Below, in pieces: positions 26,648 through 36,543 of a DNA stretch of 64,000 nucleotides (position 1 is its first letter; each line of letters starts with the position of its first letter). The notes beneath the pieces were generated by a model. The model saw only the letters and a program-made list of their open reading frames with translations, did not search any database and was not told where the DNA came from. The stretch is from an uncultured Chitinophagaceae bacterium (GTDB taxonomy: Bacteria; Bacteroidota; Bacteroidia; Chitinophagales; CAIOSU01), in assembly GCA_964518215.1 (NCBI GenBank), contig CAZFFP010000007.1, forward strand, positions 1,121-65,120, in the 5' to 3' direction. Both the position numbers and the translations under genes were made by a program.

Positions 26648-27487
26648 ATGCAGACAAACTTGAATTTTATTGATGAAAAACTTCAGAAGGAATATAACGA
26701 TAGGGGTTATTTTATTACACCTCTGCTAGACGATTCTCAAATAAGCAAGCTGCAAGATGTTTTTTATTCCTGTCTAGATGTAAATAAGCTGCCAACGGTC
26801 TATGATACAGTAGCCGAGATTCCTGTTGAGCAGGTATTGCAAATCAGCAAAAAGATAAATGACATTTGTAAAGGTTCTTTCGATTTAATTGTAGAAAATT
26901 ATAAAATAGCCGCATCTATATTTATTTCGAAAAAACCGGGTAATGACGGCTTCAATGGATATCATATTGATGCAACCATGACCCATGAGAAGTATAATAC
27001 TGTCGCTATTTGGATTCCGCTTTGCGATGTTGATGAGAAGGTGGGCAGAATGTGTTTGCTTGAAAACAGTCATTGTTTTTTACCCAGATACAATATTCCT
27101 TCTATGCCTAATGCCTATAAAGATGTCCAGAGTTTTGCATCAAAACATGTGAAGTGTTTTAACATGAAGAAAGGAGAGGCATTATTTTTTGAAGGAAGCA
27201 TGTTGCATGGCACCGAGTTAAATTCCTCCGAATCAATACGCATTGCCGCGGTTATTAAACTTATTGATATTCATGCGCCAAAAATTACCGCTTACTACCA
27301 TGAGCAGGCGCCTGAAGGAGAAAAATTGGCGCTGTATGAACACAATGACGATTTTTTTCTTCCGCAAGCATTTAAGTCATCATTGCCCCCCGAAGATAGC
27401 AGTTTTGTTGGATACGTTCCTTCAATGCCCAAAATATTTACTCAGAGCGAAATAGAGCATTTGCTTGAGAATAGATGCACAAATTGA
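26648..27487 (+). CDS. PhyH-family Fe(II)/2OG dioxygenase, divergent paralog
   Basis: I prefer the ATG at 26648 (MQTNLNFIDEKLQKEYNDRGYFITPL) over the TTG at 26630. NGYHIDATMTHE, LLENSH, MLHGTELN. Confidence 0.75.
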   Translation: MQTNLNFIDEKLQKEYNDRGYFITPLLDDSQISKLQDVFYSCLDVNKLPTVYDTVAEIPVEQVLQISKKINDICKGSFDLIVENYKIAASIFISKKPGNDGFNGYHIDATMTHEKYNTVAIWIPLCDVDEKVGRMCLLENSHCFLPRYNIPSMPNAYKDVQSFASKHVKCFNMKKGEALFFEGSMLHGTELNSSESIRIAAVIKLIDIHAPKITAYYHEQAPEGEKLALYEHNDDFFLPQAFKSSLPPEDSSFVGYVPSMPKIFTQSEIEHLLENRCTN

Positions 27488-27537
27488 AAGCCATTCCTGC
27501 TCGTCTTTCGGTATAAATTGGAAACAAGCATTAATTC

Positions 27538-28959
27538 ATGTCTGAAAAAAATATTATTCTTATAGACCTCCCCACCTTTCCTAAAGGTATTGTTTCCTTA
27601 TCCATACCAATAATTGCTGCCTGTTTTAAAAAATATTTTGAAGTAAAAGCGTTTGACCTGAATATTGACAGCTTTGATGCCACTCAATATGTTGACGACA
27701 ACACGCTGATGGTGGGAATGAAAGTTTCTTCACAAAATGCTTCCATAGCAACGGAACTGACGCAAATGCTTAAGCGCAAATTCCCCTCACTTAAAATTGT
27801 TTGGGGCGGGGAGTATCCCAGTTTATTGCCGGAGGAGTGTTTAAAACATGCTCACTCTGTTGTTGCGGGTTTATTGGAGCCGGTGTCCGATGAACTGTCT
27901 GCCGACTTATTGTCGGGAAACCTTAAAATGAAATATGTCGGGAAAAATGAAAATGTTCCTGAAATGATGCCGGTGCCCGACTTTAGTGTGTTGCCGCCTT
28001 TTCGCAAATATCTTTCATTCATGGGGCTGCCATTAGAAACCTCCAGAGGCTGCACGGAAAATTGTATGTTTTGCATGGTGTTGGTAATGCAGAAAAAAAA
28101 TTACTACCTAAAACCTGTCGAACAATTAAGCAAAGAGATAAAATTATATGACTGCAAGTTTATCAATATTGTTGACTACAATTTTGGGGTTAGCAAAGAA
28201 CATGTTATCAACGTGTCGCGCATCATAAAATCATCCGGTGCTTTGGGCTGGATGGCCGAAATGTGCATTGAGCTGTTGGACGATGATGAATTGCTGCAAG
28301 AAATGAGCAGAAGCCGCTGTCGAATGATATATTGCGGCCTGGAAAGTATAGAAGAAGAAACGCTTAGTTCCTTTAACAAAGACCGAACAAATCATGTTGA
28401 AAATTACGAACGCATTATACGAAAGGCTCAATCGTACGGAATTCAGATTGCTGCAGGGTTAATTTTGGGCGCAGCAAACACCACTCCGCAAACTTTCATC
28501 AAGACATTCGATTTTTTTCAGAAAATGGGAATTATATACACCAAACTAACATTTCTAACCTATAATCCCGGAACCAGAGTGCAGGAATATATGCGCAAAA
28601 AGGGTATTTATCTCACGGATAAACATGAAGAGTATGACGGGGTTCGCTTTTCTTTTCTGTCGGAAGGAGTGGAGAAAGGTGTAGTCTTAAATGGCTTTGA
28701 ATATTATGTGCGCGAATTTTACAGCATAACAAATATCTTGAAAAGAGCTTTAAAAACCAATGTGGATTTACTGGGAAAAGCAGAATTTTTTCTTTTTTCA
28801 TATTGTTATGCAGATGTATATCGAAAGTCAATCGTAAACAATTATCTGCGATTTCCGGAAAATTTCGACAAACTGTTAATAAGCAAACATCAGCCGTCAT
28901 TCACGCTTATTTTAATGCAAAAGCTTCTTTTTATTGTAAGGGTTCTTCGAAAAAAATAA
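27538..28959 (+). CDS. B12-binding domain radical SAM enzyme (class B)
   Basis: 473 aa. N-terminal B12-like segment (NIILIDLPTFPKGIVSLSIPIIAAC...) and cluster motif SRGCTENCMFC. Confidence 0.75.
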   Translation: MSEKNIILIDLPTFPKGIVSLSIPIIAACFKKYFEVKAFDLNIDSFDATQYVDDNTLMVGMKVSSQNASIATELTQMLKRKFPSLKIVWGGEYPSLLPEECLKHAHSVVAGLLEPVSDELSADLLSGNLKMKYVGKNENVPEMMPVPDFSVLPPFRKYLSFMGLPLETSRGCTENCMFCMVLVMQKKNYYLKPVEQLSKEIKLYDCKFINIVDYNFGVSKEHVINVSRIIKSSGALGWMAEMCIELLDDDELLQEMSRSRCRMIYCGLESIEEETLSSFNKDRTNHVENYERIIRKAQSYGIQIAAGLILGAANTTPQTFIKTFDFFQKMGIIYTKLTFLTYNPGTRVQEYMRKKGIYLTDKHEEYDGVRFSFLSEGVEKGVVLNGFEYYVREFYSITNILKRALKTNVDLLGKAEFFLFSYCYADVYRKSIVNNYLRFPENFDKLLISKHQPSFTLILMQKLLFIVRVLRKK

Positions 28960-28977
28960 ATCCGATGTAGAAAAATG

Positions 28978-30177
28978 TCAGGGCAAAATCTCAGACAGAA
29001 TTATTGTTTTTTGAGCCATGAGGTCTCCGGTAGAATCATCTGCCCAATATCTCGATTTATTTAAGGCGGCAACCGTTAATGTTAAAGGGGTTTTGAATTT
29101 TTTAGGAAGCGTAATTAAATGTTTTACAGTATCGGCAAAAGGCTCAAATTTAATACCGTTGATGCCCGGAAGCTGATAGGAGTTGCCAAAATGAGCCACC
29201 ATATCTAACGCGTGCTCTTCTCGTCTGTTTAGACGAATAGTATCGTAAAGAATAGTTCTTCCATTGTTATCAGAAATTGTGATTAAAGTAACAAAATCTC
29301 TGCACTTGCCAATTTTATGAGGCATGCTGTTGTTTGTCCAATCTATAATAACCTTGTCCCCATAGAGGGTGGCATTAAATCCGTTTAATATCATATTATT
29401 GTAGGCAAGATTAATTTTTTCTTTAGGGTCCTTTCTCCAGAATAAATAATGAGTTCCTTTGCCATTTTTATATTCTTGGTGGCAACTGTTGCAGGTTTGT
29501 TTTTCACTTACCAACCCTAATCTCATTAATTCATTAGACTCATTATAATTGTCTTTGTGACAGGCAGAACAAAAAATATCTGAACTTAAAAACATAGATG
29601 CCTTTGGAAAGCAGTAATCTATTAATTTTCTGTCTTCAGGTTTTTCAACAAATGAAGCAGAGGCTATAATGTTGTTTGGAGTATAATGACAAGTGATACA
29701 GTCTATTCCTGTTATCCAGGTTGAGGAATCTATCCTTGCTTGGTTGTTGGCGTAATAAGACGGGTGCGATTCGCTATTGATGTTTTTGAGGTCTGTGATA
29801 AATTCTAGTCCTTTATAATTAGATTCAAACAGGTTTTGAGTTGAATGGCAAGAAACACATTGCGAGCTTATTGATTCATTCACAAAGTGAGTGTAAGTCG
29901 TTTCTTTGTAATCGGTACGGTTAACCTCCTCTTGATGATGCATCAGAGAAAGAAATGCATTTGCATGAGGACCTATTTTTTCGTTTTCATGTGCAGTATT
30001 ATGACAAGAAATGCATTTTTCTAATTTTTCTGCTCTGCTCAGTTCTGCATAAAGCTCGCGAGATTTTTCAGTTTTGTTTGTGAAACTGCAACTACGTAGC
30101 GATACGATTGCCAATAAACATAAGGCAATAACGTAAACAAGTGTAGTGCGCTTAAATAAAAAACCCCCATTATTCAT
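28978..30177 (-). CDS. membrane-anchored pentahaem c-type cytochrome
   Basis: 399 aa. N-terminal anchor LVYVIALCLLAIVSL. Five CxxCH motifs: CISCH, CVSCH, CITCH, CSACH, CNSCH. Confidence 0.8.
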   Translation of the reverse strand: MNNGGFLFKRTTLVYVIALCLLAIVSLRSCSFTNKTEKSRELYAELSRAEKLEKCISCHNTAHENEKIGPHANAFLSLMHHQEEVNRTDYKETTYTHFVNESISSQCVSCHSTQNLFESNYKGLEFITDLKNINSESHPSYYANNQARIDSSTWITGIDCITCHYTPNNIIASASFVEKPEDRKLIDYCFPKASMFLSSDIFCSACHKDNYNESNELMRLGLVSEKQTCNSCHQEYKNGKGTHYLFWRKDPKEKINLAYNNMILNGFNATLYGDKVIIDWTNNSMPHKIGKCRDFVTLITISDNNGRTILYDTIRLNRREEHALDMVAHFGNSYQLPGINGIKFEPFADTVKHLITLPKKFKTPLTLTVAALNKSRYWADDSTGDLMAQKTIILSEILP

Positions 30178-30382
30178 AATCGGTATCTAAATTGAAATGT
30201 AAAGATTTACTCACTACACAAATTAATAATAAAATTGCACTTCTTCAGAGAAACTTGCTTTTCAATATATCATTACTTGCCTCTTTAAATTTACCTTTCC
30301 GCCATATTGTCTAAAGCTTATAAACTGTTTTATCCCTTATACATCGGCTTATAAGTTTATATCAGACAACTTTAGAAAGACA

Positions 30383-32095
30383 TTACTCATTAAAGTGCAA
30401 TTCATATCTAAAAATCTGAAAATCTCCGTTTCGCCCGTCTTGAAGAACAATTTCTTCTACCGGACGAAATTCAACATCTATTTTATGAACAATATTTAAA
30501 AACGGCTCCAATAAAGCCATTCGGTTTTCTGTAGAATAGTAAATTATATTTTCGGATTCCGCTCTCATAAATTCAAAAAACTCTTTTACACTATGTGCGT
30601 TACACTGACAGGTTTCGTTCAAAAACCTTTCGTAATCGGGTAAATAGGCAACTTGAGCCATGTCATAAAAAATCACATTTTCTCTCATTTGAAAAAAACG
30701 AAAAACAAAATCGTCTAAAACTTCACGGCTCGATGTATCGAAGAAAATAAATTTCCCGTTTTGTTTAGAAAATATTTTTTCGGTGGTTGCAGCACGTTCA
30801 CGAATCATTCTCTTATTAATGCCGATTTCTTTTTTCAGGAACCAAACATTCTGAAGTAATAAAGCGCCCAAGCCGAAAAGCAGTATCAATTTTATCTTTT
30901 GAAAATATTCATAATGCTCAATCATAAACAACAAGTTGCCAACTATTGCGAGCTGAATAATCGGCAAAAAATGCCATTGCTCCATTTTTAAGGAGTATGC
31001 CAAAGAGCTTATGATTATCCATATTGAAACATTGAACAGCATAGTTTTAAGAAGAAAAAAATTGTTTTTTAATCTGAAAAACAAGAATAGCAGCCCCGTC
31101 AATGTGAACAAATAGATGGTTAATAGTGGCATGTTTCTTTGCATTGTAGGAAAAGCCGTGTAAGATATTTGCTTATAAATATCCTTCGGTCTTGCAGAAA
31201 ACATTTCTTTTTCAAAGGCAATTTTTTCGTCTGATATTTTCTTAAACAAATCATAATTGAAAGTGGCGCTATCAATTAAAAAAGAAGCTCTAGACATTTT
31301 GCGAATAAGAGCATCAACACTATCGGTTGCAATAACAGGTGGAGAGTTGTGCGAATCGGTTACATAAAACACCATCGGCTCTACATCTCTAAAGAAAGGA
31401 TGTGTATTCATAACATAGTAGAACCTTACAAAAAATAAAATAATGGCTAATGCAGGCAGCCAGTATAATTTCAAAAACCGAAACAAATTGCGGTCGGCAA
31501 TTAAAACAAAAACCGATGCAATCAATGTGCCGCCTAAGCCCGACTCAATACGCATGGAGTAGCCCCAAAAAACAAAAAATGTAAGAAGCAAATATCCGCA
31601 CCATCGGATGATGGGCGTTTTAATTTGATAGTATCCTTTCCAAATGGCTAAAAGCGAAGTTGAGGTGAGCAGCATGCTAATGCCGGTAATTGAAAATTCG
31701 ATAAATGACACGCCAAAAATTAAAAGCATAGTAGCCGCCCAAACAATAAAAATTTTCTTAAAAGAAATGCTTGAGAGGTTTTTATTGGCTAATAACAGGA
31801 AAATCACCAAAGCCTGTATTATAACCCATGCCGAAAAAAGCAATAGTGCAGTCCACGAAAAAGAGGGGAGGTAATAATGAAGAAATGCCTGTACATGAGT
31901 CATGGGACTCATGCCCATGTGGTAATTTTCGGTTATAAACACGCCCGATACGCTGCTGCTAACCATCATCGCCATGAATGACTCATAAAAACCCCAAATA
32001 GGGTCAATTATAATGCAGGCCATTATGGAAAGAACTGTGGTAGTGAAAAATATTTTGCCTAGGCAAACCACTTCTTCTTTGTGTACATTATTCAT
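30383..32095 (-). CDS. polytopic membrane protein with soluble C-terminal domain (paralog of 37570-39246), family unknown
   Basis: 570 aa with 10 or more hydrophobic helices. The C-terminal segment IIYYSTENRMALLEPFLNIVHKIDVEFRP matches IRLYATENRLALIKAYFEIVYSYNFEYEP in the paralog. Confidence 0.7.
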   Translation of the reverse strand: MNNVHKEEVVCLGKIFFTTTVLSIMACIIIDPIWGFYESFMAMMVSSSVSGVFITENYHMGMSPMTHVQAFLHYYLPSFSWTALLLFSAWVIIQALVIFLLLANKNLSSISFKKIFIVWAATMLLIFGVSFIEFSITGISMLLTSTSLLAIWKGYYQIKTPIIRWCGYLLLTFFVFWGYSMRIESGLGGTLIASVFVLIADRNLFRFLKLYWLPALAIILFFVRFYYVMNTHPFFRDVEPMVFYVTDSHNSPPVIATDSVDALIRKMSRASFLIDSATFNYDLFKKISDEKIAFEKEMFSARPKDIYKQISYTAFPTMQRNMPLLTIYLFTLTGLLFLFFRLKNNFFLLKTMLFNVSIWIIISSLAYSLKMEQWHFLPIIQLAIVGNLLFMIEHYEYFQKIKLILLFGLGALLLQNVWFLKKEIGINKRMIRERAATTEKIFSKQNGKFIFFDTSSREVLDDFVFRFFQMRENVIFYDMAQVAYLPDYERFLNETCQCNAHSVKEFFEFMRAESENIIYYSTENRMALLEPFLNIVHKIDVEFRPVEEIVLQDGRNGDFQIFRYELHFNE

Positions 32096-32937
32096 AAACT
32101 ATTTTCAAGACTGCTTTTGGCTATTATATCTTTTGCTGTTGGTAATTCCGGAAGGACTATTTTGGGGTGTCTGAGAATAGCTGTATCGGGGATATTTACG
32201 TTTGGCAATTGCTCTAATAATTTGTTAAAGTCATTAGCCGCCAGCTCATGCCCGTTCACCTCTCCGTTATTATTGTCGTAATAAATTATGGGCGACTCAA
32301 TATGCTTAACGATAAAAGCCAGAATGGGTCTGCTTTCATTGCTTGTATTTGGAAATGAGCCGTGAAAAGCCGCTTGATGAAAGGCTAAGCAACTACCCGC
32401 TTTCAACGCTATGTTTTCTTTTAAATTATCAGGAATTTTTTCGAATTCAATTCGGCTCGAATCAAGAGAAGCAGATCTGTAAGTTTTGAAATACCAATGT
32501 GAATGGGGGATAATGCTCATGCCGCCATTTGCATTATTTGAATCATATAGCGGAATCCAGCAGGTCGCAAAAGCATGTTTGGTTTCATCTGTATAACTCC
32601 AGTCTTGATGATAAACAAAAGTATCAAATGTTTTGGCGGGTTTAGTAATGAATAAGCACCCTAAGATTTCAAATGAATTAAAATGACCGGAAAGCTTTGC
32701 TTTCAACTTTTCTAAAATTAATTCAAACGGCTTCTTGCTTTCAGACAAACTTAAAGCCGACACACTGTAGTTGACTCCGTAAAACTGTCGTTGTTCCAGT
32801 CGCTTTTCTGCTCCATTTAAATCGGCATAAATTTCTCTCACAAAATCTATTTCTGAAGTTTCGAGAAATGGAAATGTAGTAAATCCTTTATTGATGAATT
32901 CACTTTCGGCTTGTTTATTTTTAAAGGGTGTTTGCAT
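32092..32937 (-). CDS. PhyH-family Fe(II)/2OG dioxygenase paralog
   Basis: 281 aa. VYHQDWSYTDE, IIPHSH, AAFHGSFPN. 4-nt overlap with the downstream membrane protein gene. Confidence 0.85.
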   Translation of the reverse strand: MQTPFKNKQAESEFINKGFTTFPFLETSEIDFVREIYADLNGAEKRLEQRQFYGVNYSVSALSLSESKKPFELILEKLKAKLSGHFNSFEILGCLFITKPAKTFDTFVYHQDWSYTDETKHAFATCWIPLYDSNNANGGMSIIPHSHWYFKTYRSASLDSSRIEFEKIPDNLKENIALKAGSCLAFHQAAFHGSFPNTSNESRPILAFIVKHIESPIIYYDNNNGEVNGHELAANDFNKLLEQLPNVNIPDTAILRHPKIVLPELPTAKDIIAKSSLENSL

Positions 32938-33121
32938 TGAAAAATAAATAAGTTGATTGTTGATGCGGCTCTACTAAATTTTTTTATACTTCGATGTTTC
33001 GTAATGCCACAATATAAGTACGGTTGGTGTTAAAAAGATGAAAAACCCCAATAGCATTTTAATTTCTCAAATTTATAAAAAATAGACGGGCGCACATGAG
33101 TGCTTCATCGTTGAAAACATT

Positions 33122-33883
33122 TTAAACGCCAATAATTTTTTTGTATCTGGCAGCAGCCCAACTAAGTGGTATTTGCCAACCTCTCGACCACCAAAAGTTT
33201 ATGGCAATGGAATCTTCTTCGTTTACTACATAATGCCACCACATAGATGGAATGAACAAGGTGTCGCCCGCATTTATTTCTGCCACAAAGGGTTTTGCAT
33301 GGTGCAGTTTTGGAAATTTTTTGTAATCTGGTTTTTCCAGCTTTATTTTAGAAAAGTTGGGGTGTTTAGAAAAAATACTGTTGGGGTAAAGGTGGGTTTT
33401 GGGACTGAATAGTATAATTTTTTTTCTGCCTTTCACCAATACAAGTATATTCTCTGGGATGTCTCTGTGAAGGGCGGTGGATGAATTTTTTGGCGCAATA
33501 AATATTCTTGAATTTAACACCTTGCCGTTGGCACAATACTCAGGCACCCAATAATCTTTTTTTATTTTTTTGTTAAAAAAATCTACAGGACTGGCAACTG
33601 CCTTTTTTTTGTCGATTTCGCGTGCCGGTAAAGTTTTATAAGAATGAAGGTCAGAAGAGCCGTTTACGATGTCCATCATTCCGATTTCAGAGCCGGCAAA
33701 ATTTTCTGTAAAATATTCTGCAGACCATGCTTGCATCGCGGGCCAGTGGTCAACCAGATGTTTGATAATAATGGGGCGACTTTTTTTGACAAATGCTTCG
33801 AAAAATTCAGACTTTGAAATGGCGCTAATACTGTTTATATAGTCGGGAGCCTGCATAGAAAGAGTTTCTCTATCAACCAACAT
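33122..33883 (-). CDS. JmjC / cupin-8 type Fe(II)/2OG oxygenase
   Basis: LHRDIPENILVLVKGRKKIILFSP (H-x-D) and GDTLFIPSMWWHYVVNEEDSIAINFWW (distal His). The start is uncertain. The track gives 33955 (83-nt overlap with the upstream gene). In-frame ATGs also occur at 33883 and 33856. Confidence 0.75.
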   Translation of the reverse strand: MLVDRETLSMQAPDYINSISAISKSEFFEAFVKKSRPIIIKHLVDHWPAMQAWSAEYFTENFAGSEIGMMDIVNGSSDLHSYKTLPAREIDKKKAVASPVDFFNKKIKKDYWVPEYCANGKVLNSRIFIAPKNSSTALHRDIPENILVLVKGRKKIILFSPKTHLYPNSIFSKHPNFSKIKLEKPDYKKFPKLHHAKPFVAEINAGDTLFIPSMWWHYVVNEEDSIAINFWWSRGWQIPLSWAAARYKKIIGV

Positions 33884-34883
33884 TTTTAATAGCGTTGGCA
33901 ACTGTAAGTCCTGGTTTTTGAAATAAAAGATTGAATTCGAGCATGGGACCAACAATGCATTTTGTACAGGGTGTTTCTTTGTTAAATGCTTCAGACCAAT
34001 CTTCTTTCAAGAGGTTTATGCCTTTGACTTTTTCTTTAGTGTAAGCACACGGAAAAGCATTTCCTTCAGTATCAACAAATAAATATCCTCTTCCGGCAGC
34101 ACATTTTTCATCGGGGTCATATAGTGCCGAAACCGCATAATTTTCCCATTGGCTGATATATTTGAGATATGCCAGCGAACTTGCTATAGGAGCGCCTTCT
34201 TGTTTTTTTTCAATTAGATGTGTCCATATTTTTTTTAGTGCATCATTGCCGGAGTTGTGTTGTGGGACTTTATTGGTTACAATTTCAGTATCATAACATT
34301 CCGGCTGAAAATGCACATTAATGTTTTCTTCTTTTGCCAAATTGAGCAGATAGCTGATGTCGTTCATTGATTGTTGATTGACTACGCAAATAGCGGTTAC
34401 CTTTTTCCCCGACTCAACAATATGCCTGATCGCTTTTAGTATTTTTTCGAAACTCTGTTTGCCTCGGTTTTTAATATGGGTTTCGGGCGTGCCATCTAGG
34501 CTGGTAAAGAAATAATCTATTTCCCCAAGAATATTTTTAAATTTTTCATATAGCAGCAGGTTTGAGTTGAGGCTGACAAAAAAATCATGTTGCTTGCCCA
34601 TTTTTATTATTTCTAAAATATCTTTTCTAAAAAGAGGTTCTCCGCCTAATAATCCTAACCTTTTAACGCCAAGTTTTTTTAATCTTTTGAACAAAATATC
34701 TATCTCGCTTAATGATAGTTCAGGAGATTTCATGCTCGGAAAATTACAATAGCTACAATGTATATTGCAATTGTTAGACACAGCAAAAGAGGCAGAGAAA
34801 GGCTTCGGTTTTCCATTAAACGAATACGAAAGATAACTTTGGCTGAATGCCATTCCCATCTGCGCTATTTCATAAACTTTCAT
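33873..34883 (-). CDS. radical SAM enzyme with C-terminal SPASM/twitch-like Cys cluster
   Basis: 336 aa. CNIHCSYC (C-x3-C-x2-C). C-terminal Cys residues: EKCAAGRGYLFVDTEGNAFPCAY and ETPCTKCIVGP. Confidence 0.85.
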   Translation of the reverse strand: MKVYEIAQMGMAFSQSYLSYSFNGKPKPFSASFAVSNNCNIHCSYCNFPSMKSPELSLSEIDILFKRLKKLGVKRLGLLGGEPLFRKDILEIIKMGKQHDFFVSLNSNLLLYEKFKNILGEIDYFFTSLDGTPETHIKNRGKQSFEKILKAIRHIVESGKKVTAICVVNQQSMNDISYLLNLAKEENINVHFQPECYDTEIVTNKVPQHNSGNDALKKIWTHLIEKKQEGAPIASSLAYLKYISQWENYAVSALYDPDEKCAAGRGYLFVDTEGNAFPCAYTKEKVKGINLLKEDWSEAFNKETPCTKCIVGPMLEFNLLFQKPGLTVANAIKNVG

Positions 34884-35670
34884 ATTGTAATTTTAATAAT
34901 TGTGCCCAACAGATTAAAAAGTAAAATCGAGAAACATACCAAGACAAGGATATGTTTCGAGTAATCATGTAAACTGCAAGAGGAATAAGGCAACTAATTG
35001 CCCACATCCAATTGATATAAATATACAATAATGCGCCCAACAGAAAACAATAAAAAAAAATAATAGCTGTATGTAATTGGGGCAATGCCACTACTGTAGT
35101 TCTAATAGCCGCTTTTGAATCGGCATCTTTGTCGGTCATAGTTTGATATATGTGGGCTATTCCAGTCATGATTCCAACGATAAAAAAGAATTGAAGATTA
35201 ATCTCGCCCGCAATGGAAATAAAAAGCCCTCCCCAAATTATAACGGCTATAATGTCTATTCCGGGAATGGCTTTAAACTTATAAGAATAGAGCCAGTTGA
35301 CTATTAAAAGCAATAAAATCAAAACAGATTTTTCGTAAGAAAACCAAACCAGCGAAAGCAGTATGGGTAATATTGAAATAGAAATATTGGCAAAAAGAAA
35401 TAAATTTTTGTGCTGAATAATAGAGGCAACAAATGAAGTGTCTTTTTTGGGGTTTAGCATATCTGCTTGCCGATCTTTGTAATCGTTAAGCCCGTAAAGT
35501 GCGCACATTACTATTGCAGATATGGCGCTATCTAAAAAAAATGCGTTAGAAAAGTTGAATAAAAAATAAGCATGAATAACATTGAACAAAATTAGCCCGC
35601 CTTCGCCTTTTAAGAGTCTATGATACAGCGGAAAAAACAAAAATTTAAATACGACAAAAAGGGTGTTCAA
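34870..35670 (-). CDS. UbiA-family prenyltransferase
   Basis: 266 aa, about 8 TM helices. Asp-rich motifs GLNDYKDRQAD and YQTMTDKDADSKA. Confidence 0.8.
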   Translation of the reverse strand: MNTLFVVFKFLFFPLYHRLLKGEGGLILFNVIHAYFLFNFSNAFFLDSAISAIVMCALYGLNDYKDRQADMLNPKKDTSFVASIIQHKNLFLFANISISILPILLSLVWFSYEKSVLILLLLIVNWLYSYKFKAIPGIDIIAVIIWGGLFISIAGEINLQFFFIVGIMTGIAHIYQTMTDKDADSKAAIRTTVVALPQLHTAIIFFYCFLLGALLYIYINWMWAISCLIPLAVYMITRNISLSWYVSRFYFLICWAQLLKLQYESL

Positions 35671-35676
35671 TATTTG

Positions 35677-36414
35677 TTATTTAGTTATTATCAAATAGAG
35701 GTATAGCAGCACGGCTAAGGGTTTGGTTATTGCGGCTCTCAACCATAGCGGAGTTTTTTCATAAATACCCGCTTTAGATAGCAGCAGCCTCATCGCCTCT
35801 ATGCCAAGACAATGAGCGCATATCCATGTTCTTTTATGGGCAAACTCCGGTCTTATAAAATCAAAAATAAAAACGTAGCGATATTCATTTGTGTCGTTCC
35901 ATGCTTCATGTTGATATGCATCGTTGAAAGCAAACACTTTTCCTTCTTCCCAGGCTACAGCATTGCCCTTAACACTAAGCCCCAACTCGGGCAATTTTCC
36001 GGGTATTTTTAATCCTAAATGACAACGAATAATTGCGTTGGTTTCACCACAGTGTGATTTCAGCTTGCTTTTAGGTGCTAAAGTGGTAATTCCTGCAAGA
36101 GTAATTTCGGGAAATCTGTCTAATATTTCGTGGGTTTTTGGGAAGTGTTTCTTGCCCATTTTGTATTTAAGCAGATAGTTTTTGAAGTAGATATTTTTCC
36201 AACTGTCAGGATATGTCATTTCTGGGGCACCGGGGTTTTTGTATTCTATGTCGAACTTGCCGTCTATATAATCTTTAATCTCCTTTTTAATTTCGGGATA
36301 GTGCTCAAGAATATATTTTACTTCCGGATATTCATCAGGATTATAAAATAACGGCTCATTTTCGGCATACACGGAATAATCTGAGTAAAAGAATTTTATT
36401 TTCGGAGGATTCAT
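35677..36414 (-). CDS. aspartyl/asparaginyl beta-hydroxylase family (AspH/LpxO-like) oxygenase with C-terminal hydrophobic tail
   Basis: 245 aa. LKSHCGETNAIIRCHLGLKIPG...FAFNDAYQHEAWNDT...RYVFIFDF matches the Asp_Arg_Hydrox pattern. Tail: KPLAVLLYLYLIITK. Confidence 0.8.
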   Translation of the reverse strand: MNPPKIKFFYSDYSVYAENEPLFYNPDEYPEVKYILEHYPEIKKEIKDYIDGKFDIEYKNPGAPEMTYPDSWKNIYFKNYLLKYKMGKKHFPKTHEILDRFPEITLAGITTLAPKSKLKSHCGETNAIIRCHLGLKIPGKLPELGLSVKGNAVAWEEGKVFAFNDAYQHEAWNDTNEYRYVFIFDFIRPEFAHKRTWICAHCLGIEAMRLLLSKAGIYEKTPLWLRAAITKPLAVLLYLYLIITK

Positions 36415-36543
36415 CTATTTTTCATTTCAACTTTAAAATACACAATAAAATTAAGGACAGTTCTAAAAATTGTTCTTTTTATTTCCTCATTTCTTTCTTT
36501 TTATAAGGAGCGGGTGTGGTTTACAGAATTTTTTGAACGCCCA

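Noticed and set aside
26001-26657. 218-aa minus-strand ORF covering most of the WelO5-like gene
   Set aside because: The plus-strand frame carries coherent 2OG-enzyme motifs and fits the neighbouring gene spacing. The antisense translation has no recognisable features.
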